Numbered from the stretch's first letter, positions 27,699 to 37,860 are shown. The stretch: 64,000 bases of DNA from an uncultured Gammaproteobacteria bacterium (GCA_964524895.1 CAZGFG010000002.1:41284-105283); one strand, 5' to 3'. Numbers and translations: made by a program. The notes: generated by a model not told the origin, from the sequence alone.

Positions 27699-28814
27699 AT
27701 GGACTTTGATTCTATCCTTAAAACAAAAAGCCTGTTCAGATTTACCGGGCCACCTGAACACTGGTTAACAGCCGTTAAATATATGACTTGGGGATTGGAG
27801 GAGCATTTGAGAGATAAATGGTTGAAGATTAGACCAGGAGATATATTTTTTATACACAGCACCAAAAATTCTGCATTTAAAAATGCAAAATCGGGGATCA
27901 TAGGTTTAGGCGTTGTCGGGCCAGATTTTTCAGAAAAGAAGAACCCTTTATGGTTTTATGAGACAGTCAATAACATTAACCGCTGGCCGCTTTTAGTACC
28001 CCTATCAGAAATTTACTTATTTAGTGAACTTCCATCTCCCAATACTTGGGAAAATCCTACCAGTGCAAATATATCAGAGACTACTCAATTGATTGACCAA
28101 TTACTAGTAAATTACATTCCCTTAAATCATGTTCCAGGTTTTCCTCAGATGGGAAGTTTTTCTTCGGTTAGGCCAGAAGTAGCTAATAAGATCTTATTTG
28201 ATAAAAGACCACTCTATCTTTACTCGGGTTATGGAGCGCCAGACCAGATAATTACCGGAGCAAAGTCGGAATCTGTTGATAGACAGCTGGATACCATAAA
28301 GAACGCTAGTGAAGCTTTGCGCTATACAGATACCTTAAGAATTTTCGACAGTGTAAAAACTCGAGTTATCCGTGAGCCAACCTCACAATATATTCGGGAT
28401 AATGAATTGCTGGAAAGAGCGAACTCTGTCCACCAATCGATATTACAGCAATTAATAGACATTTTTAGAAAGCATGGATATGATACCCGCTCGAGTCGAA
28501 CCGTGGATTTATTTGCCCACAATGAGAAAAATGCTTTTCTATTTGAGGTTAAAAGTACGGAAAATAATAATTTTCGAACCCAAGCCAGAAAAGGGATAGC
28601 TCAGCTTTTTGAGTATGAATATTTTGATGTTCAAAAATTTGCCCAGGATAATAATTTATTGTTTGATCAAAGGCATAAACTAATTGTTCCCTCACAAGTG
28701 CCCCAAGATACTAGATATGTGGATTTTATTAACAGTTTGGATATTGGTATAGCTATGGTAGGTAATGACAACTTAAAACCAATAGGTAAAGACTTAGGCT
28801 TCTCTGAGTTTTAA
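27699..28814 (+). CDS. putative EVE/PUA-like domain plus PD-(D/E)xK endonuclease (candidate modification-dependent restriction enzyme)
   Basis: N-terminus HW.......WG......W.KIRPGDIFFIH....GIIGLGVV......LW..E.....WP; C-terminus VDLF......LFEVKS......ARKGIAQLFEY. Confidence 0.65.
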   Translation: MDFDSILKTKSLFRFTGPPEHWLTAVKYMTWGLEEHLRDKWLKIRPGDIFFIHSTKNSAFKNAKSGIIGLGVVGPDFSEKKNPLWFYETVNNINRWPLLVPLSEIYLFSELPSPNTWENPTSANISETTQLIDQLLVNYIPLNHVPGFPQMGSFSSVRPEVANKILFDKRPLYLYSGYGAPDQIITGAKSESVDRQLDTIKNASEALRYTDTLRIFDSVKTRVIREPTSQYIRDNELLERANSVHQSILQQLIDIFRKHGYDTRSSRTVDLFAHNEKNAFLFEVKSTENNNFRTQARKGIAQLFEYEYFDVQKFAQDNNLLFDQRHKLIVPSQVPQDTRYVDFINSLDIGIAMVGNDNLKPIGKDLGFSEF

Positions 28815-29072
28815 CTAACGATATTTTTTAGGTGACACTTTAAATGGATTAACTGTACCTTTTTTACCAGTGAAGGGATTTATATTCCCCTTTGTAGAAA
28901 AGTTATCAAATTTTGATTTATTAGGACTGCTTTTAATATATGGTTGAACTACAGTACCATTTTTCTTCGTGTATCCTTTTACTCTTTGCGCAGCATCTAC
29001 AGAAGTTGTATTAACTAAAGCGAAAGAGAGAACTAAAAGCAAAGTAACAAATCCTAAAATGATTCTTCTCAC
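28815..29072 (-). CDS. small basic secreted protein
   Basis: Signal peptide (..VDA), then VKGYTKKNGTVVQPY..SSPN....DN.STKGN.NP.TGKKG; TGTTATAAT promoter 6 nt before the GTG start. Confidence 0.8.
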   Translation of the reverse strand: MRRIILGFVTLLLVLSFALVNTTSVDAAQRVKGYTKKNGTVVQPYIKSSPNKSKFDNFSTKGNINPFTGKKGTVNPFKVSPKKYR

Positions 29073-29187
29073 CTATAAATTATAACACTTCGTAATCCCA
29101 AATCCCACCTGGAGGGTGGAATAGCTTGACACCTGGTACTTTTGACAAAGTATGTTCCCATTGTTGCTTTTTGCTGTATAAGGGAGC

Positions 29188-29216
29188 TTGACAGAGAATA
29201 GGATTTGGAGCACAAT
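29188..29216 (+). promoter_or_regulatory. promoter TTGACA-17-CACAAT
   Basis: Perfect -35 with a 17-nt spacer; ATG 29224 lies 7 nt downstream. Confidence 0.55.
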
Positions 29217-29223
29217 CCCAGAT

Positions 29224-29535
29224 ATGAGATCTTCAGAAGTATTAAGAGGTATTCAATCAGCACAAGATAGTGGTCATCTATCTAGTCGTGTTCCCACCGA
29301 CCAAGCAAACCTCAAGGAGATGAGGGAAGGACAACATAGATTTGAACCAAGAAATAAAAAAGCCGAACGGGCCCAAAGAAGAGCTAATAGGCAGAGAGAA
29401 GAGGTTAGAGAATTTTGGGCCTCATTGACGAAAAGGGAGCAAACAAGAGTAGCTACATATCTTGCTATTATGGATGAAGACGGTAAGATACCCCAACATA
29501 AACTTATGGAAGCAGCCCGCAGTATGATTTTTTGA
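29224..29535 (+). CDS. hypothetical charged helical protein
   Basis: 103 aa from ATG 29224; supported by the promoter placement; no known motif. Confidence 0.5.
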   Translation: MRSSEVLRGIQSAQDSGHLSSRVPTDQANLKEMREGQHRFEPRNKKAERAQRRANRQREEVREFWASLTKREQTRVATYLAIMDEDGKIPQHKLMEAARSMIF

Positions 29536-29647
29536 AAAACACATTTACGGCCCAAGCGGTGATAGAAAGAATTAGAGCAAGAGAAAGCCAGAACCCAGCT
29601 TCGTAAAAACCTTGCCTTTTACCCGGAATAGAACGTAAAATATTAGA

Positions 29648-31153
29648 GTGAAGTGGGTTTTAAAATACAAAACTGAAATTTTAGTTCTCTCCTGTCTGGT
29701 TCTGCTTTATTTTGCCTTGCGCCTTCCCAATTTAACCCTCCAGCCTATCTTTGCAGATGAGGCAATCTATATCCGCTGGGCCCAAGTGATGAGAGCAGAA
29801 CCAACATTACGGTTTGTTTCTTTGTCGGATGGTAAAACCCCCCTCTTTATGTGGATGATGATCCCTCTTTTTAAGCTAATTTCAGATCCACTGATGGCCG
29901 GTAGAATATTATCGGTATTTTCCGGTTTAGCTACTCTTTTGGGGGTATTTTTCCTGGGTAGAGGGGTTTTTAACAAAAAGACAGGTCTTTGGGCAGCCTT
30001 GATTTATACAATTACACCCTACACCCTCTTTTTTGACCGGATGGCTTTGGTGGATTCGATGCTGACTGCCTTTTCTGTTTGGTCTTTGAATTTTGCGATC
30101 CTCCTTTTAAAACAGGCCAGGTTGGATTATGCCATGATTTTGGGTTATTTATTAGGCGGAGGATTGTTGACTAAAACCCCGGCAATGGTAAACTTATTTT
30201 TACTTCCATTTACGATATTGGGTTTCCAATTTAGGAAAACTCATAATCCCATTTTTAAACTAATAGTGTATTGGCTGGTGGCACTGATTATTGCTCTGGC
30301 AGCCTACAATATTTTAAGGCTGGGGCCGGGGTTTCAGCAATTATCTGCCCGAAATGCGGATTATGTATTTGCCCCCCAGGAGTTAGTTGGCAGACCCCTT
30401 GACCCTTTTATCCCGCACTTTCGGGATATATCCGATTGGTTCCCAAAACTAATTACTTGGCCTCTACTTCTTACAATTGCTGTCGGAGCTTTTTTCGTCT
30501 TTAAGAAGTTTCACCGCTTGGGAATGGTGGTAATTTTGTGGGGGCTTTTGCCGCTTTTGGCAGAAATGGCATTTTTGCGCACCTTTACTGCCCGGTATAT
30601 ATTGCCTTCCATTGCCCCGTTTTTGGTAATAGGAAGTTTTGCCATAGCAAGTTTATCGGAGAAAATCAAGCTTTCCTCGGCGCTTACGGTAGCCCTGTTT
30701 TTACTGATACTTCTACCCATACCACTTTGGTTTGACTACTTACTTTTATCAAACCCCCAAAAAGCTCCCTTACCTCGTGAAGAAAGGATAGGTTATCTGG
30801 AGGATTGGACGGCAGGATACGGTTTTCCTCAAATTGCCAAATACTTAACTGATAAAAGCAAAGAGGGTTCGGTGGTGGTGGGAACTGAAGGTTTCTTCGG
30901 CACATTGCCGGATGGATTGCAGATTTATTTGGATAAAACCAATATTACGGTTGTAGGCGGACCTTCCACTATCTCTGCCCAAATTAGGCAAGCAGCCGAA
31001 GACAACCAGACCTTTTATGTAGTTAATAAAAACAGGACTGTTGGGACCTTTGATAATGTGGAGCTTGTAATGGAATTTCCTAAAGCCAAACCGCCCGGTG
31101 ATGAGCCTACAGATGCTATCCAATTGTATCGGGTTCTCCCTACAAGAAAATAA
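29648..31153 (+). CDS. GT-C-type (GT39/83-like) membrane glycosyltransferase
   Basis: LRL..L..PIFADEAIY, DGKTPLFMW, GR..SV, P...FFDRMALVDS, LTK, ARY; promoter TTGCCT-18-TAAAAT-6-GTG. Confidence 0.85.
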   Translation: MKWVLKYKTEILVLSCLVLLYFALRLPNLTLQPIFADEAIYIRWAQVMRAEPTLRFVSLSDGKTPLFMWMMIPLFKLISDPLMAGRILSVFSGLATLLGVFFLGRGVFNKKTGLWAALIYTITPYTLFFDRMALVDSMLTAFSVWSLNFAILLLKQARLDYAMILGYLLGGGLLTKTPAMVNLFLLPFTILGFQFRKTHNPIFKLIVYWLVALIIALAAYNILRLGPGFQQLSARNADYVFAPQELVGRPLDPFIPHFRDISDWFPKLITWPLLLTIAVGAFFVFKKFHRLGMVVILWGLLPLLAEMAFLRTFTARYILPSIAPFLVIGSFAIASLSEKIKLSSALTVALFLLILLPIPLWFDYLLLSNPQKAPLPREERIGYLEDWTAGYGFPQIAKYLTDKSKEGSVVVGTEGFFGTLPDGLQIYLDKTNITVVGGPSTISAQIRQAAEDNQTFYVVNKNRTVGTFDNVELVMEFPKAKPPGDEPTDAIQLYRVLPTRK

Positions 31154-31168
31154 CAACTTACTAATCTG

Positions 31169-32872
31169 ATGAGACTCAAACTAAAGAAGGCAGCAACAAA
31201 ATATTATCTAATTGCCTTACTGGTACTCTTGATCCCTTCTTTTTATAGTTTGCTGCGAAGCGGATTTTTCCCCATGCAGGATGATCTTCAGGCTTTTAGG
31301 CTGCATCAGATGAATAAGTGTATTGTGGATTTGCAGATTCCTTGTAGATGGGTTCCGGATATGGGTTACCAGTACGGCTATCCCCAGTTTAATTTTTACA
31401 GCCCGAGTGTCTTTTATCTGGGAGAGCTAATTCACCTAACCGGGGTGCAGATTATCGATTCGGTAAAGATTTTATTTATTCTGGGATTTATTCTGGCTGG
31501 ATTTTCAATGTTTTTACTTATAAAGAGTTTGACTGGGGAAAATTGGCCGGCCTTGGTAGGAGCGCTTCTTTATACTTATGTCCCTTTCAAAGCAGCACAA
31601 GTTTATGTTAGGGGGTCACTTAATGAATTTTGGAGTTTTGTTTTCTTTCCGCTGATTTTTTGGAGTATTTATCAACTAATTAAAACAAAACAAAACAAAT
31701 ATATTATCTTTCTTGGTCTTGCCACTTCTTTAATGTTACTGACCCATAACTTAATGTCCGTTTTAATTGCCCCTTTGGCTGTTATCTGGGGATTAAATTG
31801 GCTGATTTTGGAAAGAGGGTGGAGGGCTATATTTAAGCTTTTTGCCGGTTTGGCTTTAGGAGTAGGCTTATCGGCCTTTTTTATTTTACCGGTCATATTT
31901 GAGGGGAAATTTGTTCACTTGGAAACTTTAATTGGAGGGTATTTTGATTACAGGCAGCATTTTGTTAGCTTCTCGCAACTATTTTTCTCAAATTATTTTG
32001 GCTACGGGTCATCTGTTTTTGGGACAAAAGATGAGGTGAGCTTGTCGGTGGGGATTATCCAGTGGGTTACTGCCTTAATTGGCGCTTTGCTGGCCCTAGT
32101 TTATTTTAAAAAGAATAAAAGAATTTCCATTACCGCCCTGGTTCTTTTAGTCCTATCTTTACCGGTAATTTTTTTAATGCACCAGCGCTCAAGTTTTATA
32201 TGGAGCAGTTTTGAATTTTTTAAATATTTTCAATTTCCCTGGCGGTTTTTAGCAGGGAGCAGTTTTTTGCTTTCGATAATCGGTGCAATTGGGGTATATT
32301 TAATCCCCAATAAAAAAATCTCCGCGCTTTACGGCGGGTTAATAATTGCTTTGCTCTTTTACTTTTATATTAGCTTTTTTAAGCCTTTGAATTGGATTGA
32401 TACAAATGACAAAGAAAAATTCAGCGGGAAAGAATGGGAGAGGCAGCTAACTGTCAGCATCTTTGATTATCTACCGATATATGCAGTTCTTCCCCCAAAT
32501 AAAAAAGCCCCCGATTACCCGGAAGTTTTGGAAGGGGAAGTAGATATAAAAGAATATAAAAAGGGGAGTAATTACCAAGTTGGAGAGGTAAATGTTTTAC
32601 AAGAGGCAGTAATTAGGTTGCCTTTATTGGATTTTCCGGGGATGAAAGTTTATGTAAATAACCAAGAAGTCTCCCATTGGCATGATGACTGCAGGGGTCA
32701 AAAGTATTGCATGGGACTTATAACCTTCAAAATACCTGTTGGAAGTCATAAAATAGAAGCCAGACTAACAAATACTCCGGTCAGGACAGTTGGAAATGTT
32801 ACTAGCCTGTTAACCATTTTGGGATTAAGCCTAATCCTGGTAAAAAACTTTTATGAGAAACGTCATCATTAA
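31169..32872 (+). CDS. PTPS-related/YfhO-like GT-C membrane protein, paralogue 1 of 4
   Basis: QDDLQ, CRWVPDMGYQYGYPQFNFY, YVRGSLNE, THN, QFPWRFL. Confidence 0.82.
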   Translation: MRLKLKKAATKYYLIALLVLLIPSFYSLLRSGFFPMQDDLQAFRLHQMNKCIVDLQIPCRWVPDMGYQYGYPQFNFYSPSVFYLGELIHLTGVQIIDSVKILFILGFILAGFSMFLLIKSLTGENWPALVGALLYTYVPFKAAQVYVRGSLNEFWSFVFFPLIFWSIYQLIKTKQNKYIIFLGLATSLMLLTHNLMSVLIAPLAVIWGLNWLILERGWRAIFKLFAGLALGVGLSAFFILPVIFEGKFVHLETLIGGYFDYRQHFVSFSQLFFSNYFGYGSSVFGTKDEVSLSVGIIQWVTALIGALLALVYFKKNKRISITALVLLVLSLPVIFLMHQRSSFIWSSFEFFKYFQFPWRFLAGSSFLLSIIGAIGVYLIPNKKISALYGGLIIALLFYFYISFFKPLNWIDTNDKEKFSGKEWERQLTVSIFDYLPIYAVLPPNKKAPDYPEVLEGEVDIKEYKKGSNYQVGEVNVLQEAVIRLPLLDFPGMKVYVNNQEVSHWHDDCRGQKYCMGLITFKIPVGSHKIEARLTNTPVRTVGNVTSLLTILGLSLILVKNFYEKRHH

Positions 32873-34514
32873 AAACTGGCAGCTGATAACAATTACGTTG
32901 TTATCCGTATTAATAACCTGGCCCCTTTTTATCCCGGGCTATTTTTCTCACCATGATGACTTGCAAGTGATGAGAGTATATGAAATGAGAAAATGTTTAG
33001 AAGATTTTCAAATCCCCTGCCGCTGGGTACCGGACATGGGGTATGGAAACGGTTTCCCTCTTTTTAATTATTATAGTGTCCTACCTTATTATATAGGGGC
33101 GCTTTTGAGCTTTATATTCGGGTTTGTTGTTTCGGCAAAAATTCTCTTTCTCATCCCGTTACTACTTGGTGGAATATCGATGTATTTATTGGCAAAGGAG
33201 TCATTTGGCGATAAACAGATAGCACTAACAGTTGGGATAATTTATTCCTTTGCTCCCTATAGAGCACTTGATAGTTACGTCAGGGGTGCTGTTGCAGAAA
33301 GTTTTGCGCTGGCTATTATTCCGCTGGTATTTTATTTATTCTTAAAACTTATAAGGGAAAAAAGTTATAAATACTTTTTAGGGTCAAGTTTATCTTTGGC
33401 AGCATTTCTTTTATCACATAACATCATGACCCTGTTGTTCCTGCCCCTTTTGTTAATGTGGATTTTGTTATTAACATACAAAAATTTTAAGATTCTAAAA
33501 ATAGTGATGCTAAGTTTAGCACTTGGGTTTGGGTTATCTTCATTTTTCCTTCTGCCGGCATTTTTGGAAAAGAACTTAGTAGAGATAAATACTTTAACAA
33601 GGTTTGACTTGGATTTTCGGGTTCACTTTATTTCCATTGGACAATTATTCGAAAGATCTTGGGGATACGGGGCATCGGTACTTGGGCCGAATGATTCAAT
33701 ATCCTTTCAAATAGGTCTCCCTCTTTGGATACTGGCAGCTCTCTCTGTAAGCTGGTTAGTGCTTAGTATTATAAAGCGTAAGGATATAAGAACGGTTTTA
33801 ATTTATTTACTGTTTCTAGCATCATTCCTTTTATCTATTTTTATGATGCACAATAAATCGGCATTTATTTGGGAGAAGATCTCCTTGCTCCATTTTGCGC
33901 AATTTCCGTGGAGATTTTTATCAATCACTATTTTTTCCGGCTCTATACTTGCAGGATTTACATTCTCAATACTAAAGGGAAAGTTACAGAAGATAATTCT
34001 TTTGTTAGCAGTTATATTAACTGTGTTTTTGAATTGGAGTTATTTTAAGCCGGAAAAATTTTATTATACAAACGATCAACAAAAGTTATCCGGTGGTGAT
34101 TGGGAAACGCAACAAAAGGCTGCAATATTTGATTATTTACCAAAGGGAGCAATTGATCCACAAGAAGCGGCACCTAAAAACCCAATAGTTCTATCGGGAG
34201 ATGTTAAGATAGAAAGCTTTATAAGAAAGAGTAACTACTGGGAATTTAATGCAAAATCGGATAAATCTTCGGAAATTGAGATGCCGGTTTTTGATTTTCC
34301 TAATTGGGAGGTTTATTTAGATAATAAAAAGATAGATCATGGCAAAAGTGAATTATTAAAAAGAATTAAATTTGTGATCCCAAAAGGGGAGCATAAAGTA
34401 ACGGGATATCTGCAAGATACACCTATAAGGACAATCGGAAATTTAATAACTCTTATATCACTGTTAATATTATCTTCAATGATGTATGGAAAAAGTAAAA
34501 AAGTCTTTAACTAA
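32853..34514 (+). CDS. PTPS-related/YfhO-like GT-C membrane protein, paralogue 2 of 4
   Basis: HDDLQ, CRWVPDMGYGNGFPLFNYY, YVRGAVAE, SHN, QFPWRFL, FPNW. Confidence 0.82.
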   Translation: MRNVIIKNWQLITITLLSVLITWPLFIPGYFSHHDDLQVMRVYEMRKCLEDFQIPCRWVPDMGYGNGFPLFNYYSVLPYYIGALLSFIFGFVVSAKILFLIPLLLGGISMYLLAKESFGDKQIALTVGIIYSFAPYRALDSYVRGAVAESFALAIIPLVFYLFLKLIREKSYKYFLGSSLSLAAFLLSHNIMTLLFLPLLLMWILLLTYKNFKILKIVMLSLALGFGLSSFFLLPAFLEKNLVEINTLTRFDLDFRVHFISIGQLFERSWGYGASVLGPNDSISFQIGLPLWILAALSVSWLVLSIIKRKDIRTVLIYLLFLASFLLSIFMMHNKSAFIWEKISLLHFAQFPWRFLSITIFSGSILAGFTFSILKGKLQKIILLLAVILTVFLNWSYFKPEKFYYTNDQQKLSGGDWETQQKAAIFDYLPKGAIDPQEAAPKNPIVLSGDVKIESFIRKSNYWEFNAKSDKSSEIEMPVFDFPNWEVYLDNKKIDHGKSELLKRIKFVIPKGEHKVTGYLQDTPIRTIGNLITLISLLILSSMMYGKSKKVFN

Positions 34515-36162
34515 ATATAAAATCGTAGTTTCATTGCTACTTCTTATCCCGGCTGTTTGGGCCCTTTTTGTAGGAGGATTCTACGGAGCTTCGGATGACA
34601 TACATATTGCCTGGCTTTATGAGATGGATCGGGTAATAAAAATGGGGCAAATACCTCCCCGTTTTGTACCGGACTTAAGCTTTGGCTTTGGATACCCGTT
34701 ATTTAATTTTGTGTTTCCTCTTCCTTTTTATATCTCCGAAATATTTCATCTGCTGGGAATGAGTTTGGTAGACAGTATCAAAACTTTGTTTTTTTTAAGT
34801 ATCCCTTTGTCTTTTATCTCGATGTATTATTTTTTGAAAAAGTTTACAAATTCTTATCTAGGTATCTTGGGAGGATTAATTTATGTCTATACTCCTTATC
34901 GGGCAACAGATCTTTATATACGGGGAGCTATAGGTGAGATCTGGGCATTTGCCCTGCTTCCCCTGATTGCGCTTTCGGTAGTTGAGCTGGGTTTAAGTAA
35001 AAAGCTTAACCCAAAGTGGATAGCGGTGGGTGGGTTGAGCTTGGGCTGTTTGATACTGACGCACAATATTACCGCTTATATGTTTTTCCCTATGTTGATA
35101 GTTTTTTGGGTGATACTTCTGGTTACCAAAAAGGGGTTTTTGGCCAGTAAATTAATTAATTTTGCAGGCTTTATTGCAGTTGGTTTATTGTCCAGTTTGT
35201 ATTTTTGGTTGCCGGCTATTTTAGAAAGTAAGTTGTTTAAATATGATACTGTTTTTAATTATAAAGACCACTTTCCTACCATCAAACAACTAGTAACACC
35301 TTATTTTGGATACGGGGCTTCCGTTCCCGGCCCTTATGATGGAATGTCTTTTTTTATAGGGACAATCAATTTAGTCTTGGCAACCGCGGCACCCCTTTTT
35401 TTATTTCTTTTCTGGAGAAGATATTCAAGCATACAAAGGGGTTTACTGATGTGGGCTTTGGCAGTTCTGGCTTTTGCGGTGTTTATGATGAATTATAGAT
35501 CTTCTTGGGTATGGGATCATTTTCCATTGATTGGGTACTTTCAGTTTCCTTGGAGGTTTTTAATCTTAACAACATTCACGACACCGCTTTTTGTAATTTT
35601 ACTGGAAAAACTACCAAAGTATAAAGTGATTTGCACAGTCTTAATTGCCCTAACTCTTCTTTTAAATTTTTCCTATTTTAGGCCTCAAGATTTTTTGGGT
35701 CGTAGTGATAAATATTTTCTGGATAGATATATACCTGTTCCGCAGGCAAGCGCTGCCTATCTGGAAACAAGAGAGGAATACCTACGCTTGCCTGTTTATA
35801 CCAATATTAGACCGGAGCAAAATTACCCCAGGGTATTCCCCCAAACTGGAATAACGCAAGTAACAGAGCTTAATGGCCTCGATGCTTTGATAACAACCTA
35901 TTACCCCAAAGAGCTGATCATAAACTATAATAAGTATTATTATCCCGGGTGGAGCGGGGAGATAGACGGAAAGAGAGTAGAGCTTTCTGCGGCAGAACCT
36001 TTTGGTCAGGTATCAATAAAAGTCCCAGAAGGGAAGCATACAATCAAAATATATTTTAGCGAAACTAATCAAAAGAGGATCTTGGATATTATCTCTTTGT
36101 TGGCCATTATATTTTCATTTTTATTAATCTTTAAAGGAAAACTAAAATCAAAATATGAATAG
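34486..36162 (+). CDS. PTPS-related/YfhO-like GT-C membrane protein, paralogue 3 of 4
   Basis: SDDIH, PRFVPDLSFGFGYPLFNF, YIRGAIGE, THN, QFPWRFL, YYPGW. Confidence 0.82.
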   Translation: MEKVKKSLTKYKIVVSLLLLIPAVWALFVGGFYGASDDIHIAWLYEMDRVIKMGQIPPRFVPDLSFGFGYPLFNFVFPLPFYISEIFHLLGMSLVDSIKTLFFLSIPLSFISMYYFLKKFTNSYLGILGGLIYVYTPYRATDLYIRGAIGEIWAFALLPLIALSVVELGLSKKLNPKWIAVGGLSLGCLILTHNITAYMFFPMLIVFWVILLVTKKGFLASKLINFAGFIAVGLLSSLYFWLPAILESKLFKYDTVFNYKDHFPTIKQLVTPYFGYGASVPGPYDGMSFFIGTINLVLATAAPLFLFLFWRRYSSIQRGLLMWALAVLAFAVFMMNYRSSWVWDHFPLIGYFQFPWRFLILTTFTTPLFVILLEKLPKYKVICTVLIALTLLLNFSYFRPQDFLGRSDKYFLDRYIPVPQASAAYLETREEYLRLPVYTNIRPEQNYPRVFPQTGITQVTELNGLDALITTYYPKELIINYNKYYYPGWSGEIDGKRVELSAAEPFGQVSIKVPEGKHTIKIYFSETNQKRILDIISLLAIIFSFLLIFKGKLKSKYE

Positions 36163-37858
36163 AGTATTATCAACCATCAATCACCCGTTTTTAATCACCC
36201 TGCTGCTGACCCTATCCTTACTGTGGCCTCTTTTTGTAGCGCCGTACTTTACTCATCATGATGATGTTCAAGTCATAAGGCTTCACCAGATGGATAAATG
36301 TATAAAAGATTACCAAATTCCTTGTCGCTGGGTGCCTGATTTAGGAGGTTTATATGGTTATCCTATTTTCAACTATTATGCTCCCCTTTCATACTATTAC
36401 GGAGAAATATTTTATTTGCTGACTGGCAGCTTATTAATATCCGTGAAAGTAATGTTTATTACTGCGTTTTTGGGTTCGTTTATCTTTATGTACCTGTGGG
36501 CAAAAAAATTTTGGGGAGAACTAGGCGGAAGTTTGTCCGCCCTTTTTTACAGCTTTGCTCCCTACCATGCCCTAGATTTTTATGTAAGAGGAGCGATGGG
36601 GGAGATGTGGGCCCTAATGGCCTTCCCGGCAATTCTTTGGTCGCTGACAAGATTATCTGAAAAAAAGTCTATAGGGAATGTGTTACTTCTTACCCTGTCT
36701 TTGTCGTTGCTCCTGCTTTCCCATAATCTTTCAACAATGGTATTTATTCCTCTTGTTGCAGTCTTTTCGGCCATTTTATTTTTCCAAAGGAAGAGCAAGT
36801 TTTTTATTTGGCTCACCCTTTCTGCCTTAATATTGTCAGTAACCCTATCGTCTTTTTATCTTATTCCGCTAGTAGTTGAAAAAAATTTGGTTCATGTTGA
36901 GACTACTACATACGGATACTTCCATTACACAGAACATTTTAAAGGATTTAAAAAGTTATTAGATAGAAGTTGGGGATGGGGTGCTTCTGTCAGGGAGGTT
37001 CCCGGAGGAGAAAAAGATGGGATATCTTTCCAGATCGGTTGGGTTCATCTGGTAGGATGGCTCCTTGCCTTATATGTGGCTTATCGATTATGGCGTAAAA
37101 ATAGATTTCTAAGTGCGGGTATAATTACCCTTTCAATGATTATAATTTTTTCGATTTTTATGATAAATCCTAGATCCGAATTCATATGGAAGATGATTCC
37201 TCCCTTGGAATATTTACAGTTCCCATGGAGGTTTTTATTATTAATAACCTTTTTAATCTCATTTTTGTCGGGGGCAATTTTTGCAATTTCTAAAGATAAA
37301 AGAATTTGGTGGGCCGGAGTTTTACTGGTTACTTTGCTTAATTTTACTTATTTTAGACCAGGGAAATTTATCTATACAAACGATAAGGAATTACTTACAG
37401 GCAGTAATTGGGAAAAACAGATTATGCGCTCTATATATGATTATCTGCCTATTTATGCCAAAGAACCGCCTGCTCACTTAGCAGATTCACAGTACGAGAT
37501 ACTAACAGGAGAAGCTGAAGTTAGAAATTTTAATAAGGGCACCAACTGGATCAATTTTGATATAGAAGTAAAAAGACATACCATAATAAGACTCTCTCAA
37601 TACTACTTTCCGGATTGGACAGTTAAAGTTAACGGTGAGCCAACTACCATTGAATATGAAAATAATAATTTCGGCCTTATAACTTTCATCCTAGGAGAAG
37701 GTCAATATCGGGTCGATGCAAGACTTTATGATACTCCTATAAGGATCATATCTAACTGGATAACAATTTTAGGATTTATTGTAATTGCGATACTTTTTTT
37801 CCTACAATTTAAACAAGTACAAAACTGGATACGGTACTATCTCAAAAGGATTGGATAA
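36155..37858 (+). CDS. PTPS-related/YfhO-like GT-C membrane protein, paralogue 4 of 4
   Basis: HDDVQ, CRWVPDLGGLYGYPIFNYY, YVRGAMGE, SHN, QFPWRFL, YFPDW. Confidence 0.82.
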   Translation: MNRVLSTINHPFLITLLLTLSLLWPLFVAPYFTHHDDVQVIRLHQMDKCIKDYQIPCRWVPDLGGLYGYPIFNYYAPLSYYYGEIFYLLTGSLLISVKVMFITAFLGSFIFMYLWAKKFWGELGGSLSALFYSFAPYHALDFYVRGAMGEMWALMAFPAILWSLTRLSEKKSIGNVLLLTLSLSLLLLSHNLSTMVFIPLVAVFSAILFFQRKSKFFIWLTLSALILSVTLSSFYLIPLVVEKNLVHVETTTYGYFHYTEHFKGFKKLLDRSWGWGASVREVPGGEKDGISFQIGWVHLVGWLLALYVAYRLWRKNRFLSAGIITLSMIIIFSIFMINPRSEFIWKMIPPLEYLQFPWRFLLLITFLISFLSGAIFAISKDKRIWWAGVLLVTLLNFTYFRPGKFIYTNDKELLTGSNWEKQIMRSIYDYLPIYAKEPPAHLADSQYEILTGEAEVRNFNKGTNWINFDIEVKRHTIIRLSQYYFPDWTVKVNGEPTTIEYENNNFGLITFILGEGQYRVDARLYDTPIRIISNWITILGFIVIAILFFLQFKQVQNWIRYYLKRIG

Positions 37859-37860
37859 AT

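Noticed and set aside
25751-29647. Prophage, integron or IS origin for the accessory island
   Set aside because: No integrase, transposase, att-like direct repeats, attC sites or tRNA recognised.
31169-37858. Pterin biosynthesis function implied by the family name 'PTPS-related'
   Set aside because: These are polytopic membrane proteins with GT-C-like acidic loops and no PTPS catalytic motifs.
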